Origin: Squalus acanthias
Lineage: Eukaryota
DNA: 64,000 bases
Reading direction: 5' to 3'
Assembly: GCA_030390025.1 (NCBI GenBank)
Contig: CM059431.1
Span: 145,826,001-145,890,000, forward strand
Of this stretch, positions 24,201-36,918 are shown in pieces; the first letter of the stretch is position 1; each line of letters opens with the position of its first letter. Both the position numbers and the translations under genes were made by a program. The notes below the pieces were generated by a model that was given only the letters and a program-made list of their open reading frames with translations, was not told where the DNA came from and did no database searches.

Positions 24201-27200
24201 TACGGAGAGTGAGAGTGCGAGGGAAACAGAGTGTGAAATTACTGGAACAAGGAGAGTGAGAGTGTGAGGGACACAGAGTGTTCAATTACTGGATCACGGA
24301 GAGTGAGAATGTGAGGGACACAGTGTGTGGAATTACTGGATCACGGAGAGTGAGAGTGCTTGGGACACAGAGTACAATTGCTGGAACACAGAGAGTGAGA
24401 GTGTGAGGGACACAGAGTGTACAAATACTGGAACATGGAGAGTGAGAGTGCGAGGGACACTGAGTGTACAATTGCTGGAACACGGAGAGTGAGAGTGTAA
24501 GGGACACAGAGTGTATAATTACAGGATTACGGAGAGTGAGAGTGCGAGGGAAACAGAGTGTGAAATTACTGGAACAAGGAGAGTGAGAGTGTGAGGGACA
24601 CAGAGTGTTCAATTACTGGATCACGGAGAGTGAGAATGTGAGGGACACAGTGTGTGGAATTACTGGATCACGGAGAGTGAGAGTGCTTGGGACACAGAGT
24701 ACAATTGCTGGAACACAGAGAGTGAGAGTGTGAGGGACACAGAGTGTACAAATACTGGAACATGGAGAGTGAGAGTGCGAGGGACACAGAGTGTACAATT
24801 GCTGGAACACGGAGAGTGAGAGTGTAAGGGACACAGAGTGTACAATTACTGGAACACGGAGAGTGCGAGCGTGAGGGACACAGAGTGTACAATTAATGGA
24901 ACACGGAGAGTGAGAGTGTGAGGGACACAGTGTGTGGAATTACTGGAACAAGGAGGATGAGAGTGTGAGGGACACAGAGTGTACAAATACTGGAACATGG
25001 AGAGTGAGAGTGCGAGGGACACAGAGTGTACAATTGCTGGAACACGGAGAGTGAGAGTGTGAGGGACACAGAGTGTACAATTACTGGAACACGGAGAGTG
25101 AGAGTGTGAGGGACACAGTGTGTGGAATTACTGGAACAAGGAGAGTGAGAGTGTGAGGGACACAGAGTGTACAATTACTGGAACACGGAGAGTGAGAGTG
25201 TCAGGGACAGAGAGTGTGCAATTACTGCAACACGGAGAGTGAGAGTGTGAGGGCCACAGAGTGTACAATTACTGGAACACGGAGAGTGTCAGGGACACAG
25301 AGTGTGCAATTACTGGAACACGGAGAGTGTCAGGGACACAATGTGTGCAATTACTGGAACACGGAGAGTGAGAGTGTCAGGGACACAGTAGTAACAATTA
25401 CTGGAACACGGAGAGTGAGAGTGTCAGGGACACAGTGGTAACAATTACTGGAACACGGAGAGTGAGAGTGTCAGGGACACAGTGGTAACAATTACTGGAA
25501 CAAGGAGAGTGAGAGTGTGAGGGACACAGATTGTACAATTGCTGGAACACAGAGAGTGAGAGTGTGAGGGACACAGAGTGTACAAATACTGGAACATGGA
25601 GAGTGAGAGTGCGAGGGACACAGAGTGTACAATTGCTGGAACACGGAGAGTGAGAGTGTCAGGGACACAGAGTGTACAATTAATGGAACACGGAGAGTGA
25701 GAGTGTGAGGGACACAGTGTGTGGAATTACTGGAACAAGGAGAGTGAGAGTGTGAGGAACACAGAGTGTACAATTACGGGAACACAAAGAGTGAGAGTGT
25801 CAGGGACAGAGAGTGTGCAATTACTGGAACACGGAGAGTGAGTGTGTGAGGGCCACAGAGTGTACAATTACTGGAACACGGAGAGTGAGAGTGTGAGGGA
25901 CACAGTGTGTAACAATTACTGGAACATGGAGAGTGAGAGTGTCAGGGACACAGTGTGTCCAATTACTGGAACACGGAGAGTGTCAGGGACACCGTGTGTA
26001 CAATTACTGGAACACGGAGAGTGAGAGTGCGAGGGACACAGTTAGTGTAAAATTACTGGGACACGGAGAGTTATAGTGTGAGGTACACATAGAGTACAAT
26101 TACTGGAACATGGAGAGTGAGTGTGTGAGGGACACAGAATGTACAATTACTGGATCACGGAGAGTGAGAGTGTGAGGGACACAGAGTGTACAATTAATGG
26201 AACACGGAGAGTGAGAGTGTGAGGGACACAGTGTGTGGAATTACTGGAACAAGGAGGTTGAGAGTGTGAGGAACACAGAGTGTACTATTACTGGAACACG
26301 GAGAGTGAGAGTGTCAGGGACAGAGAGTGTGCAATTACTGGAACACGGAGAGTGAGTGTGTGAGGGCCACAGAGTGTACAATTACTGGAACACGGAGAGT
26401 GAGAGTGTGAGGGACACAGTGTGTAACAATTACTGGAACATGGAGAGTGAGAGTGTCAGGGACACAGTGTGTCCAATTACTGGAACACGGAGAGTGTCAG
26501 GGACACCGTGTGTACAATTACTGGAACACGGAGAGTGAGAGTGCGAGGGACACAGTTAGTGAAAAATTACTGGAACACGGAGAGTTATAGTGTGAGGTAC
26601 ACATAGAGTACAATTACTGGAACATGGAGAGTGAGTGTGTGAGGGACACAGAATGTACAATTACTGGATCACGGAGAGTGAGAGTGTGAGGGACACAGAG
26701 TGTACAATTACTGGAACACGGAGAGTGAGAGTGTGAGGGACACCGTATGTACAATTACTGGAACACGGAGAGTGAGAGTATGAGGGACACAGAATGTACA
26801 ATTACTGGAACACGGAGAGTGAGAGTGTGAGGGACACTGAAATTACTGGAACACGGAGAGTGAGAGTGTGAGGGACACAGTGTGTGGAATTACTGGATCA
26901 CGGAGAGTGAGAGTGTGAGGAACACAGAGTGTTAATTATTGGATCAGGGAGAGGAGAGTGTGAGGGACACAGAGTGTTCAATTACTGGATCACAGAGAGT
27001 GAGAGTGTGAGGGACATAGTGTGTGGAATTACTGGATCACGGAGAGTGAGAGTGTGAGGGAAACAGAGTGTATAATTACAGGATTACGGAGAGTGAGAGT
27101 GCGAGGGAAACAGAGTGTGAAATTACTGGAACAAGGAGAGTGAGAGTGTGAGGGACACAGAGTGTTCAATTACTGGATCACGGAGAGTGAGAATGTGAGG

Positions 27201-30200
27201 GACACAGTGTGTGGAATTACTGGATCACGGAGAGTGAGAGTGCTTGGGACACAGAGTACAATTGCTGGAACACAGAGAGTGAGAGTGTGAGGGACACAGA
27301 GTGTACAAATACTGGAACATGGAGAGTGAGAGTGCGAGGGACACTGAGTGTACAATTGCTGGAACACGGAGAGTGAGAGTGTAAGGGACACAGAGTGTAT
27401 AATTACAGGATTACGGAGAGTGAGAGTGCGAGGGAAACAGAGTGTGAAATTACTGGAACAAGGAGAGTGAGAGTGTGAGGGACACAGAGTGTTCAATTAC
27501 TGGATCACGGAGAGTGAGAATGTGAGGGACACAGTGTGTGGAATTACTGGATCACGGAGAGTGAGAGTGCTTGGGACACAGAGTACAATTGCTGGAACAC
27601 AGAGAGTGAGAGTGTGAGGGACACAGAGTGTACAAATACTGGAACATGGAGAGTGAGAGTGCGAGGGACACAGAGTGTACAATTGCTGGAACACGGAGAG
27701 TGAGAGTGTAAGGGACACAGAGTGTACAATTACTGGAACACGGAGAGTGCGAGCGTGAGGGACACAGAGTGTACAATTAATGGAACACGGAGAGTGAGAG
27801 TGTGAGGGACACAGTGTGTGGAATTACTGGAACAAGGAGGATGAGAGTGTGAGGGACACAGAGTGTACAAATACTGGAACATGGAGAGTGAGAGTGCGAG
27901 GGACACAGAGTGTACAATTGCTGGAACACGGAGAGTGAGAGTGTGAGGGACACAGAGTGTACAATTACTGGAACACGGAGAGTGAGAGTGTGAGGGACAC
28001 AGTGTGTGGAATTACTGGAACAAGGAGAGTGAGAGTGTGAGGGACACAGAGTGTACAATTACTGGAACACGGAGAGTGAGAGTGTCAGGGACAGAGAGTG
28101 TGCAATTACTGCAACACGGAGAGTGAGAGTGTGAGGGCCACAGAGTGTACAATTACTGGAACACTGAGAGTGTCAGGGACACAGAGTGTGCAATTACTGG
28201 AACACGGAGAGTGTCAGGGACACAATGTGTGCAATTACTGGAACACGGAGAGTGAGAGTGTCAGGGACACAGTAGTAACAATTACTGGAACACGGAGAGT
28301 GAGAGTGTCAGGGACACAGTGGTAACAATTACTGGAACACGGAGAGTGAGAGTGTCAGGGACACAGTGGTAACAATTACTGGAACAAGGAGAGTGAGAGT
28401 GTGAGGGACACAGATTGTACAATTGCTGGAACACAGAGAGTGAGACTGTGAGGGACACAGAGTGTACAAATACTGGAACATGGAGAGTGAGAGTGCGAGG
28501 GACACAGAGTGTACAATTGCTGGAACACGGAGAGTGAGAGTGTCAGGGACACAGAGTGTACAATTAATGGAACACGGAGAGTGAGAGTGTGAGGGACACA
28601 GTGTGTGGAATTACTGGAACAAGGAGAGTGAGAGTGTGAGGAACACAGAGTGTACAATTACTGGAACACAAAGAGTGAGAGTGTCAGGGACAGAGAGTGT
28701 GCAATTACTGGAACACGGAGAGTGAGTGTGTGAGGGCCACAGAGTGTACAATTACTGGAACACGGAGAGTGAGAGTGTGAGGGACACAGTGTGTAACAAT
28801 TACTGGAACATGGAGAGTGAGAGTGTCAGGGACACAGTGTGTCCAATTACTGGAACACGGAGAGTGTCAGGGACACCGTGTGTACAATTACTGGAACACG
28901 GAGAGTGAGAGTGCGAGGGACACAGTTAGTGTAAAATTACTGGGACACGGAGAGTTATAGTGTGAGGTACACATAGAGTACAATTACTGGAACATGGAGA
29001 GTGAGTGTGTGAGGGACACAGAATGTACAATTACTGGATCACGGAGAGTGAGAGTGTGAGGGACACAGAGTGTACAATTACTGGAACATGGAGAGTGAGA
29101 GTGTGAGGGACACCGTATGTACAATTACTGGAACACGGAGAGTGAGAGTATGAGGAACACAGAATGTACAATTACTGGAACACGGAGAGTGAGAGTGTGA
29201 GGGACACTGAAATTACTGGAACACGGAGAGTGAGAGTGTGAGGGACACAGTGTGTGGAATTACTGGATCACGGAGAGTGAGAGTGTGAGGAACACAGAGT
29301 GTTAATTATTGGATCAGGGAGAGGAGAGTGTGAGGGACACAGAGTGTTCAATTACTGGATCACGGAGAGTGAGAGTGTGAGGGACATAGTGTGTGGAATT
29401 ACTGGATCACGGAGAGTGAGAGTGTGAGGGAAACAGAGTGTATAATTACAGGATTACGGAGAGTGAGAGTGCGAGGGAAACAGAGTGTGAAATTACTGGA
29501 ACAAGGAGAGTGAGAGTGTGAGGGACACAGAGTGTTCAATTACTGGAACACGGAGAGTGAGAGTGTGAGGGACACTGTGAAATTACTGGAACACGGAGAG
29601 TGAGAGTGTGAGGGACACAGTGTGTGGAATTACTGGAACACGGAGAGTGAGAGTGTGAGGAACACAGAGTGTTAATTATTGGATCACGGAGAGTGAGAGT
29701 GTGAGGGACACAGAGTGTTCAATTACTGGATCACTGAGAGTGAGAGTGTGAGGGAAACAGTGTGTGGAATTACTGGAACACGGAGAGTGAGAGTATGAGG
29801 GAAACAGAGTGTATAATTACTGGATCACGGAGAGTGAGAGTGCGAGGGACACAGAGTGTACAATTACTGGAACACGGAGAGTTAGAGTGTGAGGGACACA
29901 GAGTACAATTGCTGGAACACAGAGATTGAAAGTGTGAGGGACACAGAGTGTACAATTACTGGAACATGGAGAGTGAGAGTGCGAGGGACACAGAGTGTAA
30001 AATTGCTGGAACACGGAGAGTGAGAGTGTGAGGGACATAGAGTGTACAATTACTGGAACACGGAGAGTGAGAGTCTCAGGGACACAGAGTGTACAATTAC
30101 TGAAACACGGAGAGTGAGAGTGTGAGGGACACAGTGTGTGGAATTACTGGAACACGGAGAGTGAGAGTGTGAGGGACACAGAATGTACAATTACTGGAAC

Positions 30201-32368
30201 ACGGAGAGTGAGAGTGTCAGGGACAGAGAGTGTGCAATTACTGCAACACGGAGAGTGAGTGTGTGAGGGCCACAGAGAGTACAATTACTGGAACACGGAG
30301 AGTGAGAGTGTGAGGGACACAGAGTGTACAATTACTGGAACACGGAGAGTGAGAGTGTGAGGGACACAGTGTGTAACAATTACTGGAACACGGCGAGTGA
30401 GAGTGTGAGGGACACAGTATGTCCAATTACTGGAACACGGAGAGTGAGAGTGTCAGGGACACAGTGTGTGCAATTACTGGAACACGGAGAGTGAGAGTGT
30501 CAGGGACACAGTGTGTGCAATTACTGGAACACGGAGAGTGTCAGGGACACAATGTGTACAATTACTGGAACATGGAGAGTGAGAGTGCGAGGGACACAGT
30601 TAGTGTAAAATTACTGGAACACGGAGAGTTATAGTGTGAGGTACACATAGAGTACAATTACTGGAACACGGAGAGTGAGAGTGTGAGGGACACAGAGTGT
30701 TCAATTACTGGAACATGGAGAGTGAGAGTGTGAAGGACAGAGAGTGTGCAATTACTGGAACATGGAGAGTGAGAGTGTGAGGGACACAGAGTGTGAAATT
30801 ACTGGAACAATGAGAGTGAGAGTGTGAGGGACACAGAGTGTTCAAATACTGGAACACGGAGAGTGAGAGTGTGAGGGACACTGTGAAATTACTGGAACAC
30901 GGAGATTGAGAGTGTGAGGGACACAGTGTGTGGAATTACTGGAACACGGAGAGTGAGAGTGTGAGGGACACAGAGTGTTCAATTACTGGATCACGGAGAG
31001 TGAGAATGTGAGGGACACAGTGTGTGGAATTACTGGATCACGGAGAGTGAGAGTGCTTGGGACACAGAGTACAATTGCTGGAACACAGAGAGTGAGAGTG
31101 TGAGGGACACAGAGTGTACAAATACTGGAACATGGAGAGTGAGAGTGCGAGGGACACAGAGTGTACAATTGCTGGAACACGGAGAGTGAGAGTGTAAGGG
31201 ACACAGAGTGTACAATTACTGGAACACGGAGAGTGAGAGTGTGAGGGACACAGAGTGTACAATGAATGGAACACGGAGAGTGAGAGTGTGAGGGACACAG
31301 TGTGTGGAATTACTGGAACAAGGAGGATGAGAGTGTGAGGGACACAGAGTGTACAAATACTGGAACATGGAGAGTGAGAGTGCGAGGGACACAGAGTGTA
31401 CAATTGCTGGAACACGGAGAGTGAGAGTGTGAGGGACACAGAGTGTACAATTACTGGAACACGGAGAGTGAGAGTGTGAGGGACACAGAGTGTACAATTA
31501 CTGGAACACGGAGAGTGAGAGTGTGAGGGACACAGTGTGTGGAATTACTGGAACAAGGAGAGTGAGAGTGTGAGGGACACAGAATGTACAATTACTGGAA
31601 CACGGAGAGTGTCAGGGACACAATGTGTGCAATTACTGGAACACGGAGAGTGAGAGGGTCAGGGACACAGTAGTAACAATTACTGGAACACGGAGAGTGA
31701 GAGTCTCAGGGACACAGAATGTACAATTACTGAAACACGGAGAGTGAGAGTGTGAGGGACACAGTGTGTGGAATTACTGGAACACGGAGAGTGAGAGTGT
31801 GAGGGACACAGAATGTACAATTACTGGAACACGGAGAGTGAGAGTGTCAGGGACAGAGAGTGTGCAATTACTGCAACACGGAGAGTGAGTGTGTAAGGGC
31901 CACAGAGAGTACAATTACTGGAACACGGAGAGTGAGAGTGTGAGGGACACAGTGTGTAAATTACTGGAACACGGAGAGTGAGAGTATGAGGGACACAGTG
32001 TGTACAATTACTGGAACACGAAGAGTGAGTGTGAGGGGCACATTGTGTTCAAGTACTGGAATACGGAGAATGAGAATGTGAGGGCCATTATGTGTACAAT
32101 TACTGGAACACAGAGAGTGAGTGTGAGGGACACAGTGTGTAAAATTAGGGGAACACGGAAAGTGAGAGTGTGGGGCACACAGTGAGTTAATTCATGGAAC
32201 ACGGAGTTGAGAGTGCGAGGGACACAGTGAGGTAATCAGTGGAACACGGAGAGTGAGAGTGTGAGGTACACAGTGTGTTCAATTACTGGAACACAGAGAG
32301 TCATAGTGTGAGGGACACAGTTTGTAAAATTACTGGAAGAGGGAAAGTGAGAATGTGAGAGACACAGT

Positions 32369-33077
32369 GGGCTGGATTTTGATACTGGGGCGGGTTGGGG
32401 TCGTGTTATCCACCCGACTGTTATTGGATGTGGGAGATTGATGCAATTTTCACCTATTGGGCAATTGAGTTCCAGCATGTGGGAACCCATGAACCAATTA
32501 GTGGTTTCAGTCTGAAAGTCGCCTCTGATGATGTCATCATTGCTGCTGCATTGAAGGTCAGAGACTGCCTGGCCTTTGCTGTGAGAGGACCTGGATGCAA
32601 AATGAGCAGCAGAGAGAGAGAGAGAGAGAGAGAATTTTACATACAGGTCCTCTCCCAGCAAAGGCCAGGCAGTCTCTGAAGACTTTCAATGCAGCAGCAT
32701 CAGAGGCGACTTTCAGACCTAGTACTACTACCTTCACATCTCCGTTGTAATAGTAGCTGATAGTGAGCTATCCAAATGTGTTCCCACCAGGTTTCACAAT
32801 CGTGGTTCAGAACAGGCGTGCTTCATGCAGATCAAGGGTTAAAATCACAAAGGCCTTTCAAAATGGCATTATAGAGTCAATTTAGTGCTTGTTAAGGGCC
32901 TTAACAGCCTATCCCGCCTCTTAAAGGCGGGATGGAGTCGGGGCCAGCAGACATGATTTAATGAAAATTCCGTGGAGGCGGGATGGAGGCGGACTTGTGC
33001 CTGCAGGCCAGTTTTCGCAATATTAACCCCCCACAAGCCTCCAAACCGGCCTCCACGGGTCAATGAAAATCCAGCCC
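32369..33077. mobile_element. Non-autonomous Harbinger-like MITE 1 (709 bp)
   Basis: Perfect 12-bp TIR GGGCTGGATTTT/AAAATCCAGCCC, 3-bp TSD AGT, no coding capacity. Confidence 0.9.
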
Positions 33078-33268
33078 AGTGTGTTCAATTACTAGAACAG
33101 GGAGAGTGAGAGTGTGAGGGACACAGTGTGTAGAATTACTGGAACACGAAGACTGAGAGTGTGAGGGAAACAGAGTGTATAATTACTGGAACATGGAGAC
33201 TGAGAGTGTGAGGGACACAGAGTGTATAATTTCTGGAACACGGAGAGTGAGAGTGTGAGGGAAACAGT

Positions 33269-34055
33269 GGGCTGGATTTTGAATGACCCATGGAGTCGGG
33301 TTTGGAGGCGTGTGGGGGGTTAAATTTGCGGGGTCGGGGTTTCCGACCCCATCCCGACTCCACGCAATTTTGACAAAATCAGTCGCGGGGTTCCCGACTC
33401 TGTCCCGCCTCCAAGAGGCGGGAGAGGCCATTAAAGCCCTTAACAAGCTCGAAATTGGCTCTGTAATGCCATTTTGAAACGTTTTAGCTAGTTTAACCCT
33501 TTTCTGACGTGAAGTACGCCTGATGTGAAACACTCCAGTGAAACCTGGCGGGAGCACAAGTGGATAGCTGACTATCGGCTGCAGGTCCACTATTACAACG
33601 GAGATATGATGAAGGTAGTAGTAGTATTAGGTCTGAAAGTCGCCTCTGATGCTGCTGCATTGAATGTCTTCAGAGACTGCCTAGGAGGACTTGGTTGCAA
33701 AAAAAAGTATCTGTCTCTCTGTCTCTCTGTCTCTCTCTCTCTCTCTGTCTCTCTCTCTCTCTGTCTCTCTCTCTCTCACACATTTTTGCATCCAGGTCCA
33801 CTCACATCAAAAGCAAGTCAGGCAGGTCCTCTCTCATCAACACTCTCTGAGACTAGGCAGTCAGCAATGATGACATCATCAGAGGCGACTTTCAGACTGA
33901 AAACACTAATTAGTTCATGGGTTCCCACATGCTCTAACTCAATAGCCCAATTAAGTGAAAATTGCATCAGGCATCCACATTAATCAGGAGTCGGGGGGGA
34001 AACACGAAATACGGATTACATGACCCCAACCCGACCCCAAGACAAAATCCAGCCC
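33269..34055. mobile_element. Non-autonomous Harbinger-like MITE 2 (787 bp), inverted relative to MITE 1
   Basis: Same 12-bp TIR, TSD AGT. Internally homologous to the reverse complement of MITE 1 but clearly diverged. Confidence 0.9.
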
Positions 34056-35463
34056 AGTGTGTTCAATTACTGGAAAACGGAGACTGGGAGTGGGTGTGTG
34101 AGAGACACAGTGTGTTAAATTACTGGAACACGGAGAGTGAGAGTGTGAGGGACACAGAGTGTGCAATTACTGGAACAAGAAGAGTGAGAGTGTGAGGGAT
34201 ACAGTGTGTTCAATTACTGGAACACGGAGAGTGAGAGTGTGAGGGACACAGTGTGTTCAATTACTGGAACACGGAGTGTGAGAGTGTGAGGAACACAGTG
34301 TGTGTAATTACTGAAACAAGTAAAGTGATAGTGTGAGGGACACAGAGTGTACAATGACTGGAACACGGAGATTGAGAGTATGTGGGAGACAGGCTGTACA
34401 ATTACTGGAACATGGAGAGTGAGAGTGCGAGGGACACAGTGTGTTAAATTACTGGAACACGGAGAGTGAGAGTGTGAGGGACACAGTGTGCAAAAATTAC
34501 AGGGACACGGAGAGTGTCAGGGACAGAGAGTGTGCAATTACTGGAACATGGAGAGTGAGAGTGTGTGGGACACAGTGTGTACAATTACTTGAACACGGAG
34601 AGTGAGAGTGTGAGGGACACAGTGTGTAGAATTACTGGAATACGGAGAGTGAGAGTGTGAGGGACAGTGTGTGGAATTACTGGAACACGGAGAATGAGAG
34701 TGCGAGGGACACAGAGTGTCCAATTACAGTAACACGGAGAGTGAGAGTGTGAGGGACACAGAGTGTAGAAATACTGGAACATGGAGAGTGAGCGTGTGAG
34801 GGACACAGAGAGTACAATTGCTGGAACACAGAGAGTGAGAGTGTGAGGGACACAGAGCGTAAAATTACTGGAACATGGAGAGTGAGAGTGCGAGGGACAC
34901 AGAGTGTGCAATTACTGGAACACGGAGAGTAAGAGTGTGAGGGACACAGAGGGGTAAAAATTCACTTGGTTGCGCCTCCCGTTAGCGCCTTAAGAGGGCG
35001 CTAATGGGGCGTTTAGCCGCTAACGCCCGGGCGCAGCGATGTTTGCGCCGCTCGAGAACTTAACTTGAGATTGTGCGGCGGCGCTAAAACTTACCGCTGC
35101 GACCACCTGCGCGCGCAGATTGTGACGTAATTCCATGGTGCAATGCCCTTGGGGCGCCCCGGTGTGGAAATTGAGTGGCGCCCCCTGCCTTACCGCCTGG
35201 CGCTTCCAACGACCCGAAGACTGGAACTCTATCAATCGGTGTGGGGCTGGGGGGGTGGGGGGCGCTATTTAAAGGGGGCCTCTTCCTGTCTTTTTCTGTG
35301 GTCGACATTTATGCACCACTCGTTCTGAGAGCGAGAGAGAGATTCGGAGAGAGAGAGAGACTTCTACATTGACTCAACGCTTTGTGAGGTAGTTTTGCCT
35401 ATTCATCCTAACTTTGTTGCTACTTTAGTTGCTGTACCTCATTACTTTTCTGGCAAAGAGAAT

Positions 35464-36624
35464 ATGGGGGCTGCAATGATTGGGGGCGTCGTCCTGCTCC
35501 AGCTGAATCGGAGGATACCAAGACGCAGACAGAGAGTGGCAATGATGGCCAGACGGAGGAGGGCCATCAGGCGCATGTACAGGAGAGCTTACCCTCCCAG
35601 GGTATATCGTGAACAGCTCTCCTAAATCCATATGTCCGAGGAGCTGTGTTTGCAAAGGCTGCGATTCAGCAAGGAGGTGGTCACTGAGCTCTGCCACCTG
35701 CTGCAGCCAGATCTGCAGCCTCAGCTGAGGTCCAGGACGTCTCTGTCGGTGGCAGTGAAGGTCACAGTAGCTTTGAACTTCTACGCCACTGGCTCATTCC
35801 AAGCTCCTGTTGGGGACCTCGCCAATATCTCCCAGTTTGCGGTGCATCGCTGCATCCGGCAGGTCACCAATGCCCTCTTCAGAAGGAGATGAGACTTCAT
35901 CTCTTTCCCTATGACCCCAGACAAGCAGCGTGACCGTGCTCTGGGCTTTGCGAGGGTAGCGGGCTTCCCCATGGTGCAGGGCGCCATTGACTGCACGCAT
36001 GTGGCTTTGCGTGCTCCGCGAGAGAATGCAGAGGAATTCAGGAACAGAAAGGGGTTCCATTCCTTGAATGTGCAGTTGGTCTGTGACCACAGACAGGTGA
36101 TACTCGCTGTCAATGCCCACTATCCGGGCAGCTGCCACGATGCTTTCATCCTGCACCAGACTACTGTGGCAGAAGTTTTCGAGGCACCGCATCAGCCAGT
36201 TGGTTGGCTTCTGGGGGACAAGGGGTACGCATTGAGCACCTGGCTGATGACACCGCTCCGTATGCCAAACACCCCTGCTGAGCTGCGGTACAATGAAAGC
36301 CATCAAGCAACCAGGAACATTATTCAGCGCACAATCGGCGTGCTGAAACAACGGTTCCGCTGTCTGGACCATTCCGGAGGAGCCCTGCAGTACTCGCCTG
36401 AGCAAGTTTCGAACTTCGTAGTCGTGTGCTGCATGTTGCACAACATGGCAATCCTCAGGACCCAGCCAATGCCACCAGGCCTTGTAGCACCACCAGAGGA
36501 GGAGGAGGAAGAGGAGGAAGAGGACGAGGACGATGATCATCAGCAGCACCAAGGCAGGAGGGCGGCCCACAATGGTCAAACTGCAAGGGCCGTCCGTCAA
36601 CGACTAATAGCAAGCCGCTTCTAG
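35464..36624 (+). pseudogene. Harbinger (HARBI1-like) DDE transposase, about 386 codons, two in-frame stops
   Basis: One frame across three ORFs with stops at 35623-35625 and 35890-35892. Motifs ALNFYATGSFQ, GAIDCTHV, NRKGFHSLNVQLVCD, PGSCHDAFIL, LLGDKGY, YNESH..TRNIIQRTIGVLKQRFRCL. Confidence 0.95.
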
Positions 36625-36918
36625 GGCCCCTGCCATTGCTACAAACATTAATCAACCCAGCACGCAACCCCTAAGCCGGCCAAGGCACCAATAATTCCAA
36701 CCACCAGCCATGTATATTTTGAATACAGAAACTTATTTATTTTACAAACTCTGTGTGTGTCAATTCCTCATGACAAACTCATAGAAATAAACACAAAAAA
36801 ACAGTCAATAACATAACTGGTTCTCACAACCTGGAGATAATGTCCAAAACACTAAACAAAAGTTGGACCATGAACCTCGGCCTTTAATAAAAAAATGACC
36901 AGCATTTTGTCACACCTC

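Noticed and set aside
35794..36600. 268-aa minus-strand ORF
   Set aside because: Antisense shadow of the transposase, with no recognisable domain.
35464..36624. Domesticated host HARBI1 gene
   Set aside because: It lies between TIRs and a TSD with a Myb partner and has nonsense codons, so it is a transposon copy.
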